A stretch of DNA of 64,000 bases from Nannocystales bacterium (GTDB taxonomy: Bacteria > Myxococcota_A > Polyangia > Nannocystales > Nannocystaceae), in the NCBI GenBank assembly GCA_050633305.1, contig JBOEGF010000023.1:223809-287808 (forward strand). Direction: 5' to 3'. Under the pieces are notes generated by a model, which worked only from the letters and a program-made list of their open reading frames with translations, was not told the origin of the DNA and did not search any database. The position numbers and the translations under genes are program-made. Position 1 is the stretch's first letter. Every line of letters starts with the position of its first letter. Below are positions 19,122 through 28,345 of the stretch, piece by piece.

Positions 19122-20129
19122 ATGACTCCATGTGCAGGGTGTAGTCGGCTGATTCGCTCAGGAGAAGGCCCTTGCCCGTTCTGCGGGCAACGCCATGGCA
19201 CAACGTCGATCGCTGTCGGCCTGCTGAGCTTGGCGCTGGTGGGATGTGGGCCCGTGGCGGGGTCTTCAGACACAGATGCGACGACAGCCGAATCCAGCAC
19301 AGGACCCGGCGATGCGACAGCGCTCCCCGATGAATCGACGACTGGTTCCGGTCCAGCCGGCTCGGCCACGATGACCGGCCAAGTCGACGCGGGCGACGAT
19401 GCGAACACGACCGACATCAGCGGTGGGTTCATCTATGGCTCTCCGGACATGGGCCACCCTGATGACGGCATTGAGATCGAGTGCAGCGTCTGGGAACAAG
19501 ACTGCGCGAAGAACGAGAAGTGCATGCCGTGGGCCAACGATGGCGGGACGTCGTGGAATGCGACTCGGTGCACGCCGCTTGCGGATGCTCCTGATGCCGT
19601 CGGGGAGCCGTGCACCGCGGAGGGCAGCTTCGTCTCTGGCATCGACACTTGCGAGAGGTGGGCTCTCTGCGCGGGACCGGATCCGCAGGTGCTCGAAGGG
19701 GTTTGCGTCGAAATGTGCAGCGGGTCTCCCGAGGTGCCGGTTTGCAACGACACGGCCAATGGCGTGTGCGTCGGCGCCGACGGGGTAGCGCCGCTCTGCC
19801 TCCCGATCTGCGACCCCTTGATGGGCGGCTGCGACGAGGGATATGCATGCGCACCCGCGGCCGGACCGTGGGAGTGCAGGCCCGAAGGCGACGTTCCGCT
19901 CGGCGAGCCGTGCGATGACGCGAATGCATGCACCTCCGCAGGTGTGTGCACTCCTCCCGACGCACAGTGCCCCGAGGGGTCGACCGGTTGCTGCGCGAGT
20001 ATCTGCGACCTCTCCGATCTCGAGCCCGACCTTGGCTGCGTCAGTGGCCAAACCTGCACCCTCTTCCACGAGGACGGACGTGCGTACCCTGGCTACGAAG
20101 ACGTGGGCGTGTGCACGACCGAGAGCTGA
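19122..20129 (+). CDS. Cys-rich lipoprotein with N-terminal CxxC/CPFC leader and xYG motif; candidate splicease substrate
   Basis: MTPCAGCSRLIRSGEGPCPFC, lipobox Cys42, FIYGSPD, then the Cys-rich domain ECSVWEQDC...CMPWANDGGTSWNATRC. Confidence 0.8.
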   Translation: MTPCAGCSRLIRSGEGPCPFCGQRHGTTSIAVGLLSLALVGCGPVAGSSDTDATTAESSTGPGDATALPDESTTGSGPAGSATMTGQVDAGDDANTTDISGGFIYGSPDMGHPDDGIEIECSVWEQDCAKNEKCMPWANDGGTSWNATRCTPLADAPDAVGEPCTAEGSFVSGIDTCERWALCAGPDPQVLEGVCVEMCSGSPEVPVCNDTANGVCVGADGVAPLCLPICDPLMGGCDEGYACAPAAGPWECRPEGDVPLGEPCDDANACTSAGVCTPPDAQCPEGSTGCCASICDLSDLEPDLGCVSGQTCTLFHEDGRAYPGYEDVGVCTTES

Positions 20130-20291
20130 CTCGATCTGGGTGCAAGCCCGTGCCCCCGAGACCTTGACCGTAGCGCCCTGCGCCAGCGTCACGTTCCGCC
20201 CGGGGGGCGTTCCTCTGGACGTCCTATCTCCGTCCTGCACCAAGCCGCCTTTCCGCTCGACCCCGTCGCCAGAAATGCTACAGCTCCGCGC

Positions 20292-21656
20292 GTGAGCGGC
20301 GACGTAGATACACACGGGGAACTCCGTGCGCTGCTCAAGCTGGGTCTGCCCGCCGCCGGAACCCAGCTCGCCGCCATGCTCTTGGGTGTGGTCGACACGA
20401 TGATGGTCGGCCGGGTGAGCACCCACGCCCTCGACGCGGTCGCGCTGGGCCACCTGTGGATCTACGGCACGATGATCTTCGGCATGGGGCTGATCTGGGG
20501 GATGGACCCGCTGATGTCCCAGGCTCACGGCGCGGGAGACAACGGCAAGGTGGCCCGGACCCTTCACTCCGGCTTCTTGCTGGTTGTGTTGCTGATCCCC
20601 CCGCTGTGGTGGGCGTGGTCGCAGACCGAAGCCGTCATGCTCGCGTTCGGGCAGGCACCGGAGCTCGCGGCCGCGGCGGACGTCTACGTGACGACGCAGC
20701 TGTACAGCATGATCCCCTTCCTGCTGTTCCTCACCTTGCGGCAGTACCTGCAGTCGCGGGGCATCGTGATGCCAGCGCTGTGGGTGATGGTGGTGGCGAA
20801 CGTGTTCAACGTCGCCGCCAACTGGGCGCTCATCTTCGGCCACTTGGGATTTGAAGCTCAAGGCCTGGTCGGGGCTGCCAGAGCGACCGCGGCGACCCGG
20901 GCCTTCACACTCTTTGGCCTTCTCGTGTGGATCCTGGTCGCACGCCTGTATGAGGGCGCGTGGGAGCGCCCGACCGCACAGTCGCTTTCGCTGCGTGGGG
21001 TGTGGACGATCGTGAAGCTGGGCCTCCCGATCGGCTTGCAGTACATGCTCGAAGGCTGGGCGTTCCAGGTGAGCACCTTGCTCTCCGGACGCCTGGGCGA
21101 GGCAGAACTCGCGGCGCATACGATTGCACTCAACTTGGCTTCACTCACGTTCATGTTGCCCATGGGCCTCTCCCTGGGGGTCGCGACGAGGGTCGGCAAC
21201 CTGGTCGGTGCTGGGCTCCCCAAACGCGCACAGCACTCGGCCCGACTGTCGCTGATGATGGGTGCTGGGATCATGGTCGCCAGCGCGATGCTCTTCGTCC
21301 TTGCACGCGACGCGTTGCCGTACCTGTACACCGAGGACATCGCGGTAGTCGTCCTCGCAGCGAGCATCCTGCCGATCGCGGGGGCGTTTCAGGTCTTCGA
21401 CGGAATCCAAGTCGTCGGCGGCGCGATCCTGCGGGGTGTCGGCTCCACTCGACCCGCCGCCGTGTTCAACCTGGTCGCCTACTATGCGCTCGGCCTTCCG
21501 CTTGGGATCGCGCTGACCTTCGGACTGGGCTGGGGCCTCCGGGGTCTGTGGACCGGGCTTGCGGTCGGGCTCGCAATCGTCGCGGGCATCCTGCTGTGGT
21601 GGATCTTCACCCGCGTTCGCTTCGTGCCGTTGGACGACGTGCCCGATCAACCGTAG
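20292..21656 (+). CDS. MATE family efflux transporter
   Basis: VDTMMVGR, SQAHGA, RVGNLVGAG, FQVFDGIQ; about 12 TM helices. Confidence 0.95.
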   Translation: MSGDVDTHGELRALLKLGLPAAGTQLAAMLLGVVDTMMVGRVSTHALDAVALGHLWIYGTMIFGMGLIWGMDPLMSQAHGAGDNGKVARTLHSGFLLVVLLIPPLWWAWSQTEAVMLAFGQAPELAAAADVYVTTQLYSMIPFLLFLTLRQYLQSRGIVMPALWVMVVANVFNVAANWALIFGHLGFEAQGLVGAARATAATRAFTLFGLLVWILVARLYEGAWERPTAQSLSLRGVWTIVKLGLPIGLQYMLEGWAFQVSTLLSGRLGEAELAAHTIALNLASLTFMLPMGLSLGVATRVGNLVGAGLPKRAQHSARLSLMMGAGIMVASAMLFVLARDALPYLYTEDIAVVVLAASILPIAGAFQVFDGIQVVGGAILRGVGSTRPAAVFNLVAYYALGLPLGIALTFGLGWGLRGLWTGLAVGLAIVAGILLWWIFTRVRFVPLDDVPDQP

Positions 21657-22135
21657 CCGGACATCCGCTTGGCGAGCGCGACCATCGGCGACCCCGCGCG
21701 GATCACCGCACCGTTGAAGCGTTCGAGGGCAGAGGATTGCGCCTCCGAAAGGACGCGTGCGGCACCGATGCGATCGTACGTGTCGTCCTGAGACACGATC
21801 ATCCCTTCGTCGTCGTAGAGCAGGTTGGTCATTCCAGAGAACTGGAATGGCGAGCCATCGCGCCGGAGCTTCGGCAGTCGGTTGAACCATTGCGTCACGA
21901 CCCGGCCTTCACCGACCACGACCCACTGAATCGGAAACGTCCACTCGTCGAGGCCGCGCATGCTGACCCGAAGGAACTCGCGGATCGCTTCACGTCCCTC
22001 GATGCGACCGAAGAATGGCTCTTCGTAGGTCCCGTCTTCGCGGAACAAGTCGGCCAAGTCAGTCCAGCGCCGCCCCTCGTGCAGAGCCTGATGCCGCGCA
22101 TAGGCGGTCGCGGTTTCTTCACGGGACAACGTCAT
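21647..22135 (-). CDS. SnoaL/NTF2-like protein
   Basis: LADLFREDGTYEEP...GREAIREF...GMIVSQDDTYD. Confidence 0.8.
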   Translation of the reverse strand: MTLSREETATAYARHQALHEGRRWTDLADLFREDGTYEEPFFGRIEGREAIREFLRVSMRGLDEWTFPIQWVVVGEGRVVTQWFNRLPKLRRDGSPFQFSGMTNLLYDDEGMIVSQDDTYDRIGAARVLSEAQSSALERFNGAVIRAGSPMVALAKRMSGYG

Positions 22136-22292
22136 GGCGGCACCGGACCACGGGGTGGCGTCCGGATCAACCTCCATGCGCGCGAAGTCGCGCCCACCGG
22201 ACACCCACGTGCCCAATCTCGCAGTATCCTACCTTGTCAGACACCTCCCACCCCCCTACTCTTGGTCCGTGGGCAACAAGATGGGTCTAGGG

Positions 22293-24110
22293 ATGCGCTG
22301 GCTGGGTGCGCTGGCGGTCGCAGCGTCTCTCGGAGTTGCTTGTGACAGCGGTAATGGCGCCGATGAAGACCTTGGCGATGAGCTCGGCGTCGGCGGAGCC
22401 CTGGGGAAAGCCGACGGAGCTGGGCTCGCAGCGCTCCCGGTCGACGGCGACTACGCTGACACCCAAGTCTGGGCGGTCAACAACCAGTGGGAAGACACCG
22501 ACACCCCCGCGGCTCGCGCAGCAGGCATGGCTTGGGGTGCGGACAGCGGGCTCAACTGGGATGAAAAGTACGCGCTGTGGGTGGAGTCGCTCAACACCAT
22601 CGACGGCCACTACAACGAGTCCTTCGAGATCACCACGCCGTGGGGCAAGACGCTCGAGGCGGCCAAGCTGGACTGCGCCGACGTGGCGCTGACCATGCGC
22701 GCGTCCTTCGCTGCTTGGTACGAGCTTCCGTTCTTCGTCACCGCCTACGACAACGGGGAGGCCGTCCACTTCGGACACTTCGGCATTCGTACCTCCAGCG
22801 GCATCTGGAACAACATGCCGCGGTTCTCGCAGTACCAGGACTACAGCGACATGGGCAGCGATGCTCTGGATGACTGGCCTCAGGACAGCACCCTGCGGAG
22901 CCGCGGCGTTCAGAACGGAGACGACCAAGACTTCGTCTTCGAGGGCGCACGTACTGGAGCCTGGCTCGACGAGCTGCACCTCAACAAACGCGCGGGTCGG
23001 TTCATTCGGCTGATGTTGATCTTCACCGGATCACCGCACCTCGCCGACAGCCGCAACACCTTCAACCTCGAGCCCGAGGCGTTGCGCGAAGGTGACGTCA
23101 ACCTCCACCGCTGGCAGGCCCAGGGCGTGGGGCACACGATGTTCGTCATCGAGGTGGACAAGCTCGAGGGCGGCAAGACCGACGCCCGTCTGGTGGAAGG
23201 CAACCTGCCGCCAAGCCAGCCCCGACTGCTCGACGCCGTCAGCAGCAAGCTCCGCCTCACCACCAACACCGGCGGTGGCCCCGGCTACGCCGAGAACAAC
23301 GGCGGTCTCAAGCGCTTCCGGGTCGCCAAGAACATGGGCGGCTACTGGACCAACACCTGGATGGCCGCGGACGAGGCGTCGTGGATCGACGACCGAGACC
23401 ACGACGCGATGGCTGCTCGCATCGGGACCCTGCAGGGCTTGCTCGGCGAAGTCTCGCCCGAGGAAAAGATGGCCGCGCTGCTCGACATCCTCGAGTCCAA
23501 GCGAGAGCACCTTCGCGACAAGCCTGCGTCGTGCTCGGCCCGCACCAAGCGCGAAGAGGCGTTCCAAGAGATCTACGCGCTGGCCGCCCAAGAGTTCGAC
23601 ATGAGCCAGGCCGATGTCGACGCGATGTACCGTATCGCCGACGACTACATCTTCGCCGAGCTCGAGTACTCGCAGTCCAAGACCTGCTGTTGGCTCGGAA
23701 GCACCGAGGCGATGTACGAGACCATCATGGCCGTCAACGCCCAGCGCCAAGAAGAGGCCGAGGCGTGCCTCGAGCCGCTCGTGTTCAAGGCCGTGGACGG
23801 GGAGTACGCCGAGTTCCAGGCGTTCGCACCCGAGAGCTGGGTCGCGTACAGCAACGACGAGCACTGCCCCCAAGGCGAGCTTCCGAACCACAACGACGTC
23901 GAAGCGACCCACGACTGGACCAACTACTGCGAGTGGACCGACGCTGGTGGGGACTCCGGCGGTGATGACAGCGGGGGCGGCGACTCGGGTGGTACGGACG
24001 GAGCCTCATGCAGCGATCGCTGCGGCGGCATGGCTGACAGCTGCTGGTGCGACGACAGCTGTAGCGAGTACGGCGACTGCTGCGACGACTACGCCAGCGT
24101 CTGCGGCTGA
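22293..24110 (+). CDS. Lipoprotein with a conserved core and a C-terminal somatomedin B-like domain
   Basis: LGVAC lipobox, GKAD motif, DCAD...GHT, C-terminal SCSDRCG...CWCDDSCSEYGDCCDDYASVC. Confidence 0.8.
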   Translation: MRWLGALAVAASLGVACDSGNGADEDLGDELGVGGALGKADGAGLAALPVDGDYADTQVWAVNNQWEDTDTPAARAAGMAWGADSGLNWDEKYALWVESLNTIDGHYNESFEITTPWGKTLEAAKLDCADVALTMRASFAAWYELPFFVTAYDNGEAVHFGHFGIRTSSGIWNNMPRFSQYQDYSDMGSDALDDWPQDSTLRSRGVQNGDDQDFVFEGARTGAWLDELHLNKRAGRFIRLMLIFTGSPHLADSRNTFNLEPEALREGDVNLHRWQAQGVGHTMFVIEVDKLEGGKTDARLVEGNLPPSQPRLLDAVSSKLRLTTNTGGGPGYAENNGGLKRFRVAKNMGGYWTNTWMAADEASWIDDRDHDAMAARIGTLQGLLGEVSPEEKMAALLDILESKREHLRDKPASCSARTKREEAFQEIYALAAQEFDMSQADVDAMYRIADDYIFAELEYSQSKTCCWLGSTEAMYETIMAVNAQRQEEAEACLEPLVFKAVDGEYAEFQAFAPESWVAYSNDEHCPQGELPNHNDVEATHDWTNYCEWTDAGGDSGGDDSGGGDSGGTDGASCSDRCGGMADSCWCDDSCSEYGDCCDDYASVCG

Positions 24111-24138
24111 GGCCAACGAGAAGAGCTGCGAGCGACGA

Positions 24139-24651
24139 CTACAGCACGCAGGAGAACTTGCCGGAGACCTCGAGCTGCTCGCCGAGCTCGTTGCACAACA
24201 CGAGCTGGAGCGTTCCCCACGTGGCGACCTCTTCACCGCTGATGCCCTCAAAGAAGTCTTCCCCTGCGAAGCGGACCACGGATTCGCCGCACTCCAAGCT
24301 AGACACGTACGTATCGGGCCCCCCCCACGATGCGGTGATCTGCCCCGCGTTCGAGCTGTACTGCTCGATGTCTCGGCCCACGACGGAGACCTCGAAGAAG
24401 CCGACGCTCACCCGAAAGCGAACGCCTGCAGCCTCGGTCGTCGGCCCATGCCTGCAGAGGCCCTCATCGTCGTAGGCGTCGCCGTCGATCACAACGTCGA
24501 TGCGCGCCGAGTCGAGCGGATCGAGTTGCGGGAATTCGTCGGGAATGTCGGGTGTGTCACTCAAGCTGGACACTTCGCCCAAGCCGCAGCCCGCCACTGC
24601 GATGCTGCCCAGGGCGAGCGGCAAAACGAACGCGAGCGTCCAATCGCTCAT
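24139..24651 (-). CDS. Hypothetical lipoprotein
   Basis: IAVAGC lipobox; acidic, beta-rich body. Confidence 0.65.
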   Translation of the reverse strand: MSDWTLAFVLPLALGSIAVAGCGLGEVSSLSDTPDIPDEFPQLDPLDSARIDVVIDGDAYDDEGLCRHGPTTEAAGVRFRVSVGFFEVSVVGRDIEQYSSNAGQITASWGGPDTYVSSLECGESVVRFAGEDFFEGISGEEVATWGTLQLVLCNELGEQLEVSGKFSCVL

Positions 24652-24780
24652 GGACCCCTGCGCGGCTCGAACAGACCTCTTCACGCAGCGGTTGTGTAGC
24701 GCCATACGCCGCTGACCGCCAGCCTACTGCGAAGCGCCCCGCAGCCTGGTACCCATGGACCGGTGCCTCTGGCCTCTCGC

Positions 24781-25260
24781 ATGTTGCTCGCGCTGTTTGG
24801 GAGTGTGCTCGCGTGCTCGCTTCCCATCGAGGAGAAGTCTGCGTGCGACGATGGCTTCGACTGTCTCGACGGGCGAGCCTGCGTGCAAGGTCAGTGCATG
24901 GACAGCGCCTGTGAACTGGCCTGCGATGCACTGTGCGCTGCAAGGAACAGTTGCACCTCGAGCCCTCCGTGCACGGCGAGCTGCGCCCCTGAGCTCAGCG
25001 ATGACCTCGGGCTGAGTCCAGTCCAGTGCAGCCTCCAATACGACCTCCTGGAGGGTGGCTCTTGCGAAGCGGAGAGCTGCTTCGACGGATGCCTCGAGAC
25101 TTGCAACCTTGGACTCGCGTGCGCGTTGATCGATGATGCTGCGACCTGCACGGTGCAATGCCAACGGGAACCGACGTGCGCAGGGCTCGCCTCGGCGTGC
25201 AACGAACTCGACGCGGCGGGACTATCCTGCTGGGCCCGCGGTGAGCTTCGCGGTTGTTGA
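24781..25260 (+). CDS. Cys-rich hypothetical lipoprotein
   Basis: VLAC lipobox; about 20 Cys residues. Confidence 0.65.
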   Translation: MLLALFGSVLACSLPIEEKSACDDGFDCLDGRACVQGQCMDSACELACDALCAARNSCTSSPPCTASCAPELSDDLGLSPVQCSLQYDLLEGGSCEAESCFDGCLETCNLGLACALIDDAATCTVQCQREPTCAGLASACNELDAAGLSCWARGELRGC

Positions 25261-26838
25261 CGAGGGCTTGCGACGAGCGTTGGCGCGGCGCAGGAGGAGC
25301 CCTCCCAACACCCCCGTCACCCCGCTGAGCACGGCCATCGCGACGGCTGCCGTGGCACGCTGACGGTGAGGTTGTACGTAGCGGGCAGCATCTCGCTCGG
25401 CCGACGCGGCCATAAACCTCGAGCGAAGCACCCCCGCGCTGATTCCGGTGCCGAGGGCCACCGCACCGGAGACCGCGGCGACGGTGACCAGCCCGATACC
25501 GCCGCGGCGCGCTCGCTGCGACCGATCCGAGGCCGGGCCGTCGTCGGTCGGAGAGGCCGGAAGATGTGTCGGCGGTGGAACCGTTGGGGGGACGACAGTT
25601 GTTTGGAGCCGGGGCGCAGCCACCGGGAGACCACCAACACTGTCGACGTAGCCACGGTAGTAGTCGTAGGTGTAGGGCTCGGCGAACAGCTCCCGTCGAA
25701 AGGACGAGGACGTACTCCCCCGCGCAGCGTCCACCACCGCGCCAGCCTGCAAACGGTCGAACGCGACGCTCTCCCCAGCGCGAAGGATCATCGGGTACTC
25801 CACGTTTCCTGCGCGCAGATACAGCTCGCCCGCAGGGAGCGACAGCGTCACTCGACCTCCCACGTGCGCATCGAGGTGCCGGCGGCCGTTCGCAAGCTCG
25901 ATGTGGAAGTGCCCGAGAGAGGAGAGATCACCGTGGAGCATCGCGGCCCCGGTCATCGAACGAAGGTCGACGAGAGATTCGTGGGGGTCGAGCGCAGGGG
26001 GATGGACGACGACACTCGGCTTGGCCCGCGGATCCTCGACGGCGCGGTTGGCCGACGCGACGAACGATTCCAGCTCGCTGTACTCGATGCGCTGGTCTTC
26101 ATTGATATCTGCGGCGCCGGACAGACCGGAGAGCACCTCATGGCTGAACACGCCGGACTCGATCACCGACCACTCATGGGACGACTCTCCGGCACTGCTG
26201 GAGGCCAAAACCCCGACATGGGGAAAACGCGCCAGCGTCCGCTCCTTGGCCCAGCGCTCCTCGTCCTCGGTGGTGACCTTGGAGGTTGCACCATCGATCT
26301 CCTTGCCAAAGCGGTCCCCCCGAATCCCGACCACCCCGGCAGCGTGACAGGCGTCGATGATGAGGTGCACACGATCCGCGGGGAGGTCGGCCAGCAGCTC
26401 ATCAAACAAAACGTCTCGGGTGAGCGGTCCGTCCAGCAACGAGAGAAACGGCGCCCCCGATTCATCGACCGCACCGTGGCCCGCGAACACGAGGTAGACG
26501 CTGAGTTCTTCGTCGTCCCCCAGGGCTGCAAGGGCCTTGCGCAACGCCGCTAGCGTGGGCGGACCATCGACGGTCGCATCCTTCACACGTCCACGCGTCT
26601 GGCGGTCGTACACCGTGAGCAGGACGGTCTCGTCCGCAAATCGGCGCAGGAGGTCTGCGTATCGGTGCGCGTCGTCGTCGGCGTAGCGGAGTGTCGTGAG
26701 TCCATCCCCAGCGGCTCCGGGCGGCGGTTCATTGTTGCCCACGACGACGGCGACCGTTTTCTTCGCGGTCGCGACCCCCGGGAATGCGCAGGCCAGCGCG
26801 ATCAGTCCGGCGCTCAGTCTACGACCCGGCGACCTCAT
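25222..26838 (-). CDS. Caspase-like peptidase (C14) with signal peptide and C-terminal TM helices
   Basis: AVVVGNN, LRYADDDA, FAGHG (catalytic His), IIDACHA (catalytic Cys), GLSGAADINED. Confidence 0.9.
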   Translation of the reverse strand: MRSPGRRLSAGLIALACAFPGVATAKKTVAVVVGNNEPPPGAAGDGLTTLRYADDDAHRYADLLRRFADETVLLTVYDRQTRGRVKDATVDGPPTLAALRKALAALGDDEELSVYLVFAGHGAVDESGAPFLSLLDGPLTRDVLFDELLADLPADRVHLIIDACHAAGVVGIRGDRFGKEIDGATSKVTTEDEERWAKERTLARFPHVGVLASSSAGESSHEWSVIESGVFSHEVLSGLSGAADINEDQRIEYSELESFVASANRAVEDPRAKPSVVVHPPALDPHESLVDLRSMTGAAMLHGDLSSLGHFHIELANGRRHLDAHVGGRVTLSLPAGELYLRAGNVEYPMILRAGESVAFDRLQAGAVVDAARGSTSSSFRRELFAEPYTYDYYRGYVDSVGGLPVAAPRLQTTVVPPTVPPPTHLPASPTDDGPASDRSQRARRGGIGLVTVAAVSGAVALGTGISAGVLRSRFMAASAERDAARYVQPHRQRATAAVAMAVLSGVTGVLGGLLLRRANARRKPSSTTAKLTAGPAG

Positions 26839-27467
26839 CGAGACTCCTCGACCACCAAGACTCGCTCGACGATCGCCACCGAGTCGGAGCGTTCTTGATA
26901 GGCCGACCGGAGCGCCTCTCGGCTCAGGGGCGTCTTCGAGAACACGGCCACGACGTCGTAGCGCCCTGCTCGGTGCGCCGCGTCCAGCTCGATGCGAAAC
27001 GGGAGGAGGCCGGTGGCGCCGCTGGGCAACGCCGTGCTCCTTCCTGCGGCATCGCCCGGCGCGTACCAGATCGCCGTCCCGTCTTCGCGGAACGAAAACA
27101 CGGCGACATGCGAGTACGCATCGGCATCCGCGACTTCCAAGGTCACATGACCGCCCGCGGTGCAGGTGGGCTCGCACGCGAGTTGGAGCTGAGGACCCTG
27201 CGCTCCTCCTCTCGCGGTGAACGGATCGACCTCCGGCGGCCTGGGTTCGTCAGGCAGGATCACAAGCACCACGGCCGCGACCGCCACCGCCACCAAGATC
27301 CCACCAGGCCACCACCACTTCTGTTTCGACGGCGCCGCTTCGACCGCGGTGGCTTGGAGCACGTTCGCGACGATGGACTCGTGCTCGGGCCGGCTCAGTC
27401 GGGCCCGACCCGACAGCAAGCGGCCGATCGCCCGGTCCGACTCTCGTCCGTCCTCGGGCTCCATCAC
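26835..27467 (-). CDS. Putative membrane anti-sigma factor
   Basis: Single TM helix followed by FTARG and a beta-rich extracytoplasmic domain; coupled to the ECF and caspase genes by 4-nt overlaps. Confidence 0.65.
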   Translation of the reverse strand: MMEPEDGRESDRAIGRLLSGRARLSRPEHESIVANVLQATAVEAAPSKQKWWWPGGILVAVAVAAVVLVILPDEPRPPEVDPFTARGGAQGPQLQLACEPTCTAGGHVTLEVADADAYSHVAVFSFREDGTAIWYAPGDAAGRSTALPSGATGLLPFRIELDAAHRAGRYDVVAVFSKTPLSREALRSAYQERSDSVAIVERVLVVEESR

Positions 27468-28111
27468 GACCTCGTCGCCTCCGAATTCGAGCTCGACTCG
27501 GGTGCACCGACGCCCTCGGGGAGGGTCGGCTCCAGACCGCGCCCTGAGAGGAACTCGCGCAGCCCAGCACGCACGCGCTTGTCAAGAGTTCGGACCCTGC
27601 GACGAGTAAGGTTCATGGCGCGCGCGACGTCTTCTTGAGATCGCTCCTGCTCGAATCTCAACTCTACGAACCGGCGCTGCTCGGGGTCTAGCGTCTCGAC
27701 GAACTGTGCCGTGGCGGCCTGCAGCTCCGCGTCGAGCAGGGTCTCCTCCACGCCGGCCGCGTCATCCGCCACGAAATCGAGCATCTCGGCCTCGGCCTGG
27801 GGCAGGCCTCGACGGCGCGCGCGATCGATGAGGAGGTTGCGAGCGATGGTTTGAAGCCAGGTTCCGAACGGGCGAATGCCGTCGTAGCTCGACCGCGACG
27901 AGGCAGAGAACGCTCGGATGAAGACGTCCTGCAACACGTCGCGGACATCCGGATCGGTCAGCGGGCGAATCCGAGTTCCTCCGCGCGACAAGCCCGCACG
28001 CAACCGGAGCTCGAGCGCAGTTGCGTGTTCAAAGTAGACGCGTTCGAGCGCGCTCGGGTCACCCTGGCGAAACGCCGCGAGCAACTCGCGATCTTTGGAG
28101 AGGTCCGTCAA
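27464..28111 (-). CDS. ECF RNA polymerase sigma-70 factor
   Basis: DVLQDVFIRAF, FGTWLQTIARNLLIDRAR, region 4 LRFEQERSQEDVA. Confidence 0.92.
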   Translation of the reverse strand: MTDLSKDRELLAAFRQGDPSALERVYFEHATALELRLRAGLSRGGTRIRPLTDPDVRDVLQDVFIRAFSASSRSSYDGIRPFGTWLQTIARNLLIDRARRRGLPQAEAEMLDFVADDAAGVEETLLDAELQAATAQFVETLDPEQRRFVELRFEQERSQEDVARAMNLTRRRVRTLDKRVRAGLREFLSGRGLEPTLPEGVGAPESSSNSEATRS

Positions 28112-28345
28112 GAGCCCGAGGCCTGCTCGGCAGTCTCAAACGCCCGCGGGGTGCTGTCGACTTTTTTTTGGCGAAAGCGGCCGAAGTTCGACACGGGCAC
28201 GTACGTCCCCCAGCACCCGTCGTTCACCCGCGGTGCCCACGATCGCTGGGCACTCAGTACGACGTGGATTTTCTGAAGCCAGCACCGGCCGAGCCGCGAC
28301 GCCCCTGCGTAGGAGCGTCCGCGTCCCCGTACGAAGCCGTCCACG

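Noticed and set aside
20292..21656. MATE transporter as the exporter for the splicease system
   Set aside because: The candidate substrate has its own lipoprotein signal, MATE pumps move small molecules, and adjacency is the only link.
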